38,601 bases of DNA from Toensbergia leucococca (Eukaryota), in NCBI GenBank assembly GCA_022813965.1, contig JALDZS010000210.1, positions 1 through 38,601 of the forward strand. Reading direction: 5' to 3'. Below the pieces are notes generated by a model. It was not told where the DNA came from. It searched no databases and saw only the letters and a program-made list of their open reading frames with translations. A program made the translations under genes and the position numbers. This document shows positions 11,764-22,282 of the stretch, in pieces. The stretch's first letter is position 1. Every line of letters starts with the position of its first letter.

Positions 11764-12602
11764 CCGTATAATCTGTCATATAAGATACTAGTCCTATAGT
11801 CCGTTCATCGTCTGAAGTCCAATTGGAACCATATCTTATACTCCACTAGTATCTTTTAGACAAAACCATGTCTTATACTCGGTCCTCGGGCAAGGTCTGA
11901 GCTGAGAATCAATACATTCACTTGAGAAATTCATCATACTCGCTACCAACCTCTCTAACACATCCCCGCCTCATCTTTACACATCTATCTAGTCATGGCC
12001 CCCTCTCATACTCCCTCAAAGGGACAGATCACTGAACTAGCTGATGAGCATTATGATAAATATCATGAGAAGTATGCTTCCGGAAAGTACAGTGTAGGTG
12101 AAAGACGTGTGATGTTAACAGAATGGGTGAGTAAGGCTTGAAGGGAACTGCATAGGGATAAAGTAGACTTGATACGCAAAAACTTTAGACAAGTAGGACT
12201 TTCCCTAGCTGTGGATGGGAGCGAGGATAAGGAGTTATGGATCAAGGATATACCAGATATTCAGGTGGGGGACTGAACTAGAAGATCTGAAGAAACAACC
12301 AATCTTGACTCAGTGGATGAAAATAAGGAGGAAGTGAAGGAGAAAGGGGAGGAGGGGGAGAAGGAGAAGGAGGAGGTTCAGGTATTTGACACTGATGATG
12401 AGGATGACGATGAGGATGATGATGAGGATGAGGAGGTGGAATACATACCTGAGACCCCCCCCCCCCACATGTAGATAATATCTTACTAGATATTATCTTA
12501 TAGACCAAAAGTCCCTCAGTCTGTTAGAATCAATTTGGAACCATATCTTATAGCGCAGTATATCTTGTAAACCGACCATATCTTATATGACAGATTATAC
12601 GG
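11764..12602 (+). mobile_element. Non-autonomous Tc1/mariner-superfamily (pogo/Tc2-like) DNA transposon, 839 bp, internal-deletion derivative
   Basis: Perfect 24-bp terminal inverted repeats CCGTATAATCTGTCATATAAGATA (11764-11787 and 12579-12602). TA flanks both ends (11762-63, 12603-04). There are subterminal TATCTTATA-like repeats and an internal transposase remnant. Confidence 0.92.
11995..12474 (+). pseudogene. Truncated pogo-type (DDE_1 family) transposase remnant, C-terminal part only
   Basis: The frame from ATG 11995 reads MAPSHTPSKGQITELADEHYDKYHEKYASGKYSVGERRVMLTEWVSKA*RELHRDKVDLIRKNFRQVGLSLAVDGSEDKELWIKDIPDIQVGD*...acidic tail...VEYIPE. ERR..LT.WV..AW, IRK.F...GLS and DGSED are typical of the end of pogo/Tc2 transposases. 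TGA codons lie at 12139 and 12274. Confidence 0.8.
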
Positions 12603-12895
12603 TAAATAGGTTTGGTAGATGGACTTCTTGTTGGGGGAGTACCAAAACCATTATTGGAAACATCGACAGTTGAGGCCCCATTGGAGGTTTGATTCGTTAG
12701 TCTGAAGGCGAGTGAAAACAGGTAGGAAGAGGGACAAATGACAGGCGAAGTTGGCTGCGAGATAGTTCCAGATCTAGTGCTCTAGACACTAGTCTGTCAC
12801 AATGCATCTGGACGTTGGCGACCTTCACCCCCATGCCTCCCCTGTCACTACCTTATTTCACTACCTCGCTCTTGACTCGTCCGTCATGAACCCCT

Positions 12896-14573
12896 TTAAA
12901 CCCCAACCAAGCCATAGAAATCCCCCACGCCCTGCCGAAAGCCCTGTTCCCATTCCCACACAAACCCACCACCCTGCCCACTCTCCCTCAATCTCTTCCA
13001 AACCCACATCTCCAACATCCCAATTTTATCTCCACCGATGCCGCTCCCTTGCAAGCCACCATGAGTTCTCATGCCAAAAAACGCCATCGCATCTGCAAAT
13101 CCCACTTCCCATCCTTGTTCGAAGCGCCAATGCTCAAAGTGGCCTCTGGGGGAAGTCTTGTTCCAGTAATTGATATGGTTAGTCACCGCTTCGTTCTTCT
13201 TTCCCTCTTTCTGCTGCTGTGCCCGCTCCATCCTGCCTTTCACATCCTCTGCACCCAGAGTCAGTCCGTGCGGGGGCGTCGCAGCTCCTTTCTTAGTCAT
13301 CTCGAAAAAGCCCCACTCGCCACCATCCATCCAGTCCATCTTCGCGGTCCAGAAACAAGCGCCTCCAGCCCTACGCCTCCATTGTTCAGACTGCACATCA
13401 CCGAATTCCTTGACCAGTTGGTCACGGTTGGCGTTCTGAGATTTGGCCCACGTGTCGCCGTCGAGCACGCAGCTCCATTCACCCACTAGGACTTCTGCGG
13501 CGCCATGGTCGATGACACTGCCTGACTTTGGGGGGACTTCACCTAGCTCTCCCGGGATGCGGCTGATGATTTGTTGGGCACTTTGAGCTTTGTCTGCTGC
13601 GGCGAACGTGTAGTATTTGTGGGTGTCGACTATGATGGGGTTTGTAGTAGCAGAGACGGTGTTTCTACCTCTGGACCATGCAAGCGCGGCGTTAAGATCC
13701 CAGGCGTCGCTGATATATATCGGTATAGTAGAATCAATCTGCACTACAGAATGTACCACGTCCGAGTACCAGTCGTACATTCCTCTAGCACCGTAGATAG
13801 CTTCGTTACAAAGCTGGATCCCTATACAGCCTTGCACTTTTCCTTTGGCAACTTCCTCCACCACGAACAGTATACATTTTTTAGCCAGCGCAAGATTTGT
13901 CTTGTTACCCCACAACTCAGCTTTGCCACTAGAGGTTCCACTATGAGCCTCCACGTTGGCTCCACCAGGTAAAGCGTGTAAGTCTAAGAGTGTACCGATG
14001 CCGTGGGCGTGTAGACGCGAAGACAGGGCCAGGACTGCAGACCATGCTGAAATGTACACCTGAGAAGGTTCGCCGGTAAAGGGTGTATTCGAAGTATAAG
14101 AAGGGCCGAGAGTAAAGTAGCCGATGGGCAGGCGAATTGAGGTACAACGGGCCGTGTTGGCGAGAAATTCCAAGTCGGAATCTGAGAGGGCAGAGGACCA
14201 ATGGGACTGCCATTTGGAGCGTGTAGCGTCGACTCCACGAGCGGCAATGGACCTAGAATGCCTATCAGGTTGGTTCTTCAATGGGAAGAAGGGGGGCGAT
14301 TTTAGTGTACGCTTTTACCGCCTCCAATTCACTTCCGCCTTTGGCTCCCGAATCGAACATACTGCCATAGAGCCATTGCTCGAGGACAAAAATGCTCCCT
14401 AGGTTTGCACCGTGGTGAAAACGATAGCGCAGGACGTCAAGAGCAGTTGGGGACTTTATATTTGAAGCCGTGTCATCCTGTTTGAGGAGCTGTTGCTGCT
14501 GTCCTTGGGAATGAGGGAAATGGGATTGTTGATCGGACAGCGAAGCCTTGGCTTTATCGAAGAATTTCCGCAT
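12896..14573 (-). CDS. Glycoside hydrolase family 5 protein (glucan 1,3-beta-glucosidase-like), no evident signal peptide; complement(join(12896..14252,14311..14573)), about 539 aa
   Basis: GANLGSIFVLEQW, SIRLPIGYF, LLDLHALPGGAN...HSG, acid/base motif LCNEA, VDTHKYY, nucleophile motif VGEWS, and FWT. The 58-nt intron is GTACAC...TAG. Confidence 0.92.
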
Positions 14574-15757
14574 CTTAGAGGGTTTCAATGAACGAAAGCA
14601 ATGATTTAGCCATACAGTCAGAAGAAAGAGAGCGAGTGGTTATATAAACAGGTTTAGTGCTAGAAATACCGCCAATGAGGCTGAGATACGTATCCGAAGT
14701 GGCTGAAAATTGGAAAGAGGATAAGAGATGGGATTAGTAACAGCATACATAATCAGCAGCAGTAATTATGTCAGAGAAGTCCAGGAAGCATGTACTTTTG
14801 ATAACTCGAGAGGCACTGGATTGAACCTCATCGAAAATGGTACTCGTCACGGCGACGTCATCCTTGTCAGTATGGAAAGCCAAGATAATCGAGGAATATA
14901 GCATCGCTTTATTCATAGCTACTGAAGATTGAAAGGGAGTACTCTACAATCCGTATTTGTAGGTTTCGACAGCGGACGATCAAGTGCCCTAGCTTTTGTA
15001 GTGAAGAAGGATGGACAGTCGAGAGGCGAAGAGAAGAATGAGATCGAAGGGTGGAGAGGGAGGCAAGGAAGCGCGATTGATTTTTAATAGAATACAGCAC
15101 AGTGGCACCTAGGTTTAGAGCTACTAAGATCACACTTGAAGTAACTCAGATATCCTTACAGAGTCGATTTTTCTTATAACTTGTGTAAGTCGTCTGCTGT
15201 GACCCTTCCTAAACCTCCTCACCTCCTAAGCGCCGCGACAGGGAAAATTACCAATCTCGTCGTGCCTCCGCGCCTGATTTGCGGAGAGCCTCATTTCACA
15301 ACACAGCTCCACCGCCGGACCCTCATTACTCCTCATACTCAGATGTAGGTCCTAATTAAGCCTTAGAGCATTACTTCGATGGTGAGAAGTCATCGTTAGC
15401 GTTGTGGTGACCATGGCAAGAAGACTACGAAAGCCTCATCGGTGCTTTTGTCCTAGGCTGACCTGAAGTGATGGTCGCCGAAAATGGTGCTATCCGCATC
15501 TATCATCGCTTCATGCATGGAGTACATGGCTGTCTGGCGGGGTACGTTAGACAACAGGTGACACCCGATACTCAGCCTTGCGTAACCGTCTCGTCAAGCT
15601 TCGTTGAACCTGATTGTTTCTTTGGAGGAAACATGAATGTACTTATTGACGCACACGGTTTCGCCTGTCAACCAGTTGGAGCGCCCACAAGCACTTGATC
15701 TCATTCAGATTTCTATTATACTGTGACTTGTTCAGATTTGTCTTTGAGATTGAAGCT

Positions 15758-18100
15758 ATGGCTGAAGTATTGGGAGTCGTGTCGAGCATTGCCACATTGG
15801 TTGCTATTGCCCAGACGTCCATTAAGACCATCCTCAGCTTCCAAAATGCGCCTAGTGAGATCCTCGCGCTGTCCAACGAAGCTTGTGACTTGAGTATCGT
15901 GGCATCAGATATCGAAGCATTACTTAAACACGACAAACGTGCCAGACCGGCGACTGATAATCTCGAGCGGATGGTTCTAGCTATTCAAGAGCAGATTTAC
16001 GAATTAAAAGGCTTTGTCAACAATATCTCGAGACAGAACGTGAAGAACGGCCAACTCGACCGCATTCGGTGGGTCTTCGAAAAGAAGAAGGCCAAAGTGC
16101 TACAAGATGGACTCAGAAGGGCCAAACAAGATCTCCTGGCAGTACTAATGTCAGCGAATGCGTGGGACTCCCCTTGACAATGATGTCGGTAAGAAGTCGG
16201 CACTGACTTTACAAAGTTCCTCGTCATTCCGTGTACAATTTACCATGGATGAGATGCTTCTCATCAATGAGCGTGAAAGCAGAAAGCGACGCTTTATGTC
16301 GGAAGAGGTTGCTGTTCAGACCGTAGCACTTGCCAGGCTTCAAGAAGAGCAGACGAAAGCTACAGAAGTTCTTCGGACAATTCTTGCAAACCTCCCTCCA
16401 ACAGCATACAGCGCTTCAGATCTAGCAGGTACACCACCGGAAACGGCAAAGGCAGCTGCTTTAGGTCATATGAGGCATCAATATTTGCGAGGTCTGAGCA
16501 GGAGACTTTCTTGCTCTCAAGGCTGTATGTGCTCATGCCATAACATCAAAATACTTGAATCCCCACATTTTGCGCGCTCGATGACGGGTACGTTTCTAGC
16601 GAGCTACTCTGCGCTTCCAAATCGACATACGAGATGTTCCACAACAACATGTGCACGTCATATGCCTGATATCAAAGTCACCTACTACTTTCCTTCATGG
16701 TTACTTCATCGGGTTGTCCACATGATTTACAGCAGCTCTTTTGGTGGCCCTTCCTTCGGACTTACGGTCAGGAAAACAGTTCCCGTAAATTCGAACCTCT
16801 TCAGCTTGACGGCAAGTGGGCATATTCAGAGGGTGCGGGCTTTGTTTGACGCAAACACATCTACACCAAATGATATACATGGTATTTCTGGGGAGACTCC
16901 ACTCCATGTATGATCTAAGCCTACATCACTCAAACCTAGCTGATCGACACGTAGTTTGCCATTAAGTACGGGCGACTGGAAATGTGTAAGGCGTTGCTCG
17001 ACGCTGGAGCAGATATGTATCTCGAAGACAGGAGACAAAGGTCGCCCTCTACAAATATCCTAAGAGCCAGTGAACGACAGCTAACTTTGTAAAACAGGGC
17101 TGCTGTAGACGTGGCATGGGCAGAGGTAGTGGCTAGTTCTAAGGATCCTATCACTTTGGAAGGCTTCCGAACACTTTTCGGAGACAAGGATCATTTTGAG
17201 CTCCGACGCCCTCAAAGACTACACCAAGCTATCTTGGGAATCTCCGCCCGAGACCCCTATACTGTTCTTCAAGATTCAAGCGAAGAGGAGATTAACGCTG
17301 TCGATGAAGAAGGTAAGACTGCCCTGGCTTGGGCGGTATTGAAAGGCGATGCTGTATTTGTGCAGGCGTTACTGAACAGGGGTGCCGATCCTGACATTTG
17401 TGACAATAACAAGGACTCGCCATTAGCTTTGTGTACTCATTCTGCATCGCCTAAGGCAATGCTACTATTGCTCAATAGTGGAGCTAGCTTCACCAAAAAT
17501 CTCAGGCGGTATAATCCTCTCCACAAAGCTGCTTTCCGTCAAAATAGTGCGGTGTTCTTGTGGCCTTTTCTGAATCACCAAGAACATATTGAAATAGATG
17601 CACGAGCTGATGGTGGCGAAACGCCACTCGCGCTAGCGACCTTGAGAGATCATCATCTCGCCGTTGAATTCCTACTCAAGCTTGGAGCAGACATTGAAAG
17701 TGTCGATATCACGGGTGTCACATCATTATTTTGGGCGATCAAGTACCACAGTCATAAGGTCCTCAGGGTTCTCTTACAGAAGGGAGCCGACATCTCGTTT
17801 CGCAGTAATAACGACACCACCGTGCTTCACCATTTGGCAGAGTGGGGAAACTGCGAGACTGTGGCAATCTTTCGTACTCTTGGTCTCAATATAGCTGATT
17901 TTGATATTCGCGATCATCAAGGCTTGACAGCTACCGACATAGCCAGACGCAGGAAGTCTCCGCCAGAAGGGTTCCTGGTCCAATTCATGTCTTTGATGGC
18001 AGCTATAAAGGAATATGTGTCGGTAGAGATTGGATCGGAGAAGAGTTATGACAGTGCTTATGATGCATATGTGGACTGTGTGGAGGAGGCATTGGTCTGA
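15758..18100 (+). CDS. Fungal HeLo-like/SesA-type N-terminal domain + Cys/His-rich linker domain + ankyrin repeats, no NTPase domain; join(15758..16161,16217..16907,16955..17040,17098..18100), about 727 aa
   Basis: N-terminus MAEVLGVVSSIATLV...NAPSEILALSNE...RIRWVFEKKKAKVLQDGL. Middle CSQGCMCSCH...CSTTTC...YYFPSWLL. Ankyrin repeats GETPLHFA, GKTALAWAV, YNPLHKAA, GETPLALA, GVTSLFWA and TTVLHHLA. Three short introns give a 2184-nt CDS. Confidence 0.85.
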
Positions 18101-18183
18101 CAGCCCGATCTCCATTACACCTTATAAAGGATCACTGCTTGCGTTAGGTCTCGCACGATCGAGCCTCAACCATCCTCGCTTCA

Positions 18184-19730
18184 TCAATCGTTGAAACATT
18201 CATGGCCAGAAAGGCCTTGGGCGCACGCATCTGTGTCGCAGACGTCGATACAGCAGCGCTGACACCAGCTATATCGAACATTATTAGCTTTATTACCACA
18301 CACAAAACACCACGGCGGTTTTAGACCCTTATTTGCGAGGGTTTTTGACATCTCTACCCTAGCAGGGCCGCTTGCGCTTCCCATGAGCTCCTCGAGGACC
18401 GATCTGTCAGTCAGTTGAGCATCCAATCGTGGCAACCACCTCACCCAGGGTATCCAAGGACCGGCGAGGCTTGCACCCATAACTAGAAATCGCGCCGCTA
18501 TATCACGCCGAACAAAGATGAAGCTATCTAACCCACCGAATATGTCTCGCGAATATTCAATGGTACTGTAGCCTTGAGTACGGATCTGAATTATTTCACG
18601 AATATGACGACCAATCACCCTGCTTCGCTCGATCCAGTCCCCGGCAACCGCCATCTCCAGGACCCCCAGTGCCTGGATCAAGACTGGCAATTGAATGGGT
18701 CGTGTAAACATACCCTGCCAGTTGCGTAAAGCCTGTCGTTTTCGCTCAGCGGTGGTGATTCCAAATTGCCTTATAATGGACCCGTCGAAGTTTATAGCCG
18801 TGCCATTCGCCGACAGTCCCTTCCCGAAAAAAACGAGATCAGGGGGCTTAATATTGCTTATGTACTCGGGTCTGTGGTAAGCAAAGGGAGCGCCGCAGCG
18901 AATCGAAGTGATTGTTTCGTCAATAGCAAAAATCAGCCTCTTTTCAACACAGACACGGCTCAAGATCGCCAAGTCTTGGGGAGCGATGACTGCTCCATCA
19001 TTCTGGTTCAGTACCAATTCGACGATGACACCAATGCACCCCTTTCGCTTTGCTGTCTCTAGTTGCTCGCTGAGATTGTCGTATGAAACGTTTTCGAGGT
19101 CATACACTAGAGCCTCGGGTCCACACGCGACATCCTGATAGGCTGGCTGCTCACTTAGCGCGGCCTTTATTGTAGGCCATTAGCAACAGCCACCGAAAGC
19201 ATATCTGGCTATGGGCTTGAAGCCTTACATTGGGACCATAACCAGCGGCATATGAACCTCTGATCAGTGCCCACCGCGGTGCCTTGAGGTGCAACTCACT
19301 CCAACCCAATGACTGGACCGCAGTCGATCTATCTTCCGGTTTGGAAATGGGTAGAGACTCAGGTCGATCTGATTTTGAGAAGATGGCAAGACGCAACATC
19401 ATACTGCATATTGTTGTGGGATCCACAGCGTCTGTGACATGAGCGTGAAAGGAAATCGGTAGTAAGCCTTGAAAGAATGATCTATCATCTGTCAACGCCC
19501 TTGCCCTGATCAGAGCGTATCTTTGTGCCAGCAGACTCAAATTTGTTGGTATATAGCTCTAGCATTTCCCAGTATCTGCTCTCTAACTCGTAAGGATCCC
19601 TTGCAAGTTCCGCCCAGAGCGAGGACGACAAAGGCCTATCCTCCTTAGGAGCTGCACCAAGGATGGAACCCCACATATTATTGAAGTCATGGTCAGGAGG
19701 ATGAGCAGGAGAGTCGCCCTCGCTCTGCAT
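18184..19730 (-). CDS. Divergent PLP-dependent class-III-aminotransferase-like protein with C-terminal Cys/His putative zinc-binding domain; complement(join(18184..19164,19229..19481,19537..19730)), about 475 aa
   Basis: GSYAAG (GSYHG-like), IVELV (ivEp-like), FAIDETITSIRCG (DE..TG.R.G-like) and PPDLVFFGKGL (PD..GK with the PLP lysine). Tail WCFVCG...WCQRCCIDVC...C...HEC. Introns 19482-19536 (GTCTGC...TTGAC...TAG) and 19165-19228 (GTAAGG...GCTAAT...AAG) join three ORFs in frame. Confidence 0.75.
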
Positions 19731-20957
19731 GACACTATTAGAGACGTCCTTTTGACGATCACCGAATCAAAGAGCTTCTTTGCGAGCCGAACTTCAAGGC
19801 TGAGATAATGATGTTCTGATCGAAAAGCTAATCTCCTTAACGATCAAGTCAACAGAAAGGCATACTCGATGCAAAGGCAAGTGTTCTCACAAGTAGACAG
19901 GGTTTTTATAGCTATTGGTACGTTTTGAGCCTCATAAGGACAGAAACTGTCTTATGTTCTCGAGTGTTAGCAAGAGCTAATACAATACACGGCGTTGCAC
20001 TAATCAGAAGGTCACTTGGTACCCCACTCAGGCTGAAAGACTCCGACTAACCCAAATATCCCATCCACCATCCGATTTACCGAAACTAGCAACTCTAGAA
20101 GCGGGGGCCCAGCTTGCTGTCCAAGACAAAACTCTGCGCTCTCTTGCAGCAGGCTGGATCTTGCCAGGTACTCGTGGCGTCCAATCCGCGGCCCCAGAAC
20201 GTACACTATCTTAATCAGAGGAAGCAAAGAGGAAGTTATTGAGCCGCTGGAAGCAGGATCGTGATCGACATGAGCGAAATCCTGCAGATTGTCATTTCAA
20301 AAAAGAGGGGTATCAGTATAGCGTCAGCCCTTGCGACAGAAAATTCAAAATTGACATTCTTCGCCACAAAACCTCCCACGCGGAGCCTCACATTCTCTAC
20401 ATAATGATGCGTTGTAGCCGACGGACGGCATTCGGGGGGCACCCCAGCTGCTGCTGCTGCGTGAAGCATGGATCAGAACTCCTTGGAGGCTAAGATAGAC
20501 CTATGGACTTGTGAACGTGACTGAAGCTTGCTACCAGACCAATTAAACCGGTGTTGGTAATTGAGCCTTACCTATCGTCTGCAGCACTCCTTTGTCAACA
20601 AGGCTACTACCAGTCTTGCATCGTACGCCATAAATTGTCAATATGAAATTGAGACAGGGGCTTCCTCGAGTGCCGTCAGAGAGGCCTCACCGACCTCTGC
20701 ACACATATCTAAATCATGATAATTGGTCTGGTGGAGTGTCTCTCCAGAAGATGTCTTTTTCAATTCGAGATTTTCTCTCACTGACATGCTACGTATCAGA
20801 CCAACTCCACTGATTGCTGTCCATCTATCAATGACCTTGGCGGCAGCCCTTCATCATGAATTGATCCGCGCTGCACTCTCTAATTAATTGCTTAAGTTTA
20901 TCCATATATTATGAACTAGAGCGTCACCAGCGTAAAGAGAGCTAAAATCCTAATCAT

Positions 20958-22282
20958 TCAAAAATCACCATACTCTTCATTGTAAAGCCACTCCACCTTC
21001 TCCGCTTCTTCAAGACTTCCATACCACATCAAACTAGGAATCCCCGTACTCTCCCTATGCACCATCCTCACACCCGGGTCAATTTTCTCAGCGGCCAGAG
21101 TAACCGGCAATGTCGGATTTTTAATTATAACCTCCTGCATCCCCCAATCCGCTGCCTCGGCCTGCGCTGCCCTCAACAGCGCTTCGACAGCCAAAAGTAC
21201 TTCCTGCTTCTCCCCCTCAACCCCCTCAGCCATCTCATCTTCAAAGCCAAATCCGGTATCAATCACTAGGCGCAGCATATGCAGTTCGATTTTATAATCG
21301 GTCTCTTGATCGTTGTTGGTCTCGTGGAATTCGTGGCGCCATACACACCATACCTTCCCTTGTTGTACAGAGACGATGGCGCCTTTGATGTCTGCAGCCC
21401 ACTGGAGGAGGTGGTGGGCTTCGTGTTCCTCGGCGGCGTGGTGCCATTGGATGGATGGATAATCGGGCACAAGGGCCAGTTTTATGGCCGAGGGATCGGG
21501 GCAGGTGAAGTTCTTCATGCGGTGTTTGATAAGCTCTTCGTCGCGGAGACAGAGCGTTGGGAGGTCGGAAGCGTACAAGGGAGTAGCTATGGGGGTTGGT
21601 ATTATTGCTGCTTTGCCATTGTTTTTTTGTGTGGTGGAGGGAAGCGTGGGAGGTAAGACGATATTGTCCGCCGTGTATGGCTTCCATCCGAGTTTTCCAT
21701 AGTATGTCTTTTTTCCTTGTCAAAGTAAGAAGCATATAGCCCTCTGTGGATTTGCAAGAACAGGGGGAATGAACAAACCTTTCCGACATCACTATACAGT
21801 ACCGTAAACTTGACTTTTGCTCCTCCGTCTTCTTGTTGCCATGTTTCCAGCACGGGTTTGAGCTCCTGCAGCATTCTGGCCGGATACCTTTTGCCTCTGT
21901 GTTCTTTTCTGCAGAACATGCGGCAGATCTGATGACACGGCACCTCCTGCAAGACTGCTTGCCCGTCATGGGCAAACGTGGTCACCAAAGCGCGTCTTCT
22001 GATGGTATCGGTCGAAGCTAGTACTTTTTTCATCGCCTTGGTCTGGTTCTCGGTTGATGATGATGGTGAGCCTTCATCTTCGTAGAGGATCCAATGTGTG
22101 ATGCCTCGGTTGGCTGTTATTAGCTGAGACGCGCAATGCTCCTCCTTTGCCACATAAGCGGACTGATTCAGGGGTGGGTGCCATTTCAGCGTCCAAATGT
22201 CAATATTCTCGGCGTCAGTTGCCTGACCTATCTTCAGCCTTGGGGATGTTGATGGAGGCATTGCAGAAGCTGAGGAAGACAT
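20958..22282 (-). CDS. GNAT-family acetyltransferase-like protein (LYC1/lysine N-acetyltransferase-like); complement(join(20958..21707,21779..22282)), about 417 aa
   Basis: YVAKEEH...GITHWILY...VLASTDTIRRRAL...FTVLYSDVGK|TYYGKLGW...IQWHHAAEE...LLRAAQAEAADWG...IPSLMWYG...EWLYNEEY. The 71-nt intron is GTTTGT...TTGAC...AAG. Confidence 0.8.

Noticed and set aside
14734..15133. Short minus-strand ORFs upstream of the GH5 gene
   Set aside because: They are short, have no recognisable domain and give no convincing splice model.
19485..19560. Apparent frameshift in the aminotransferase-like gene
   Set aside because: A 55-nt GT-AG intron (19482-19536) with a branch-like TTGAC restores the frame, so a pseudogene call is not needed.
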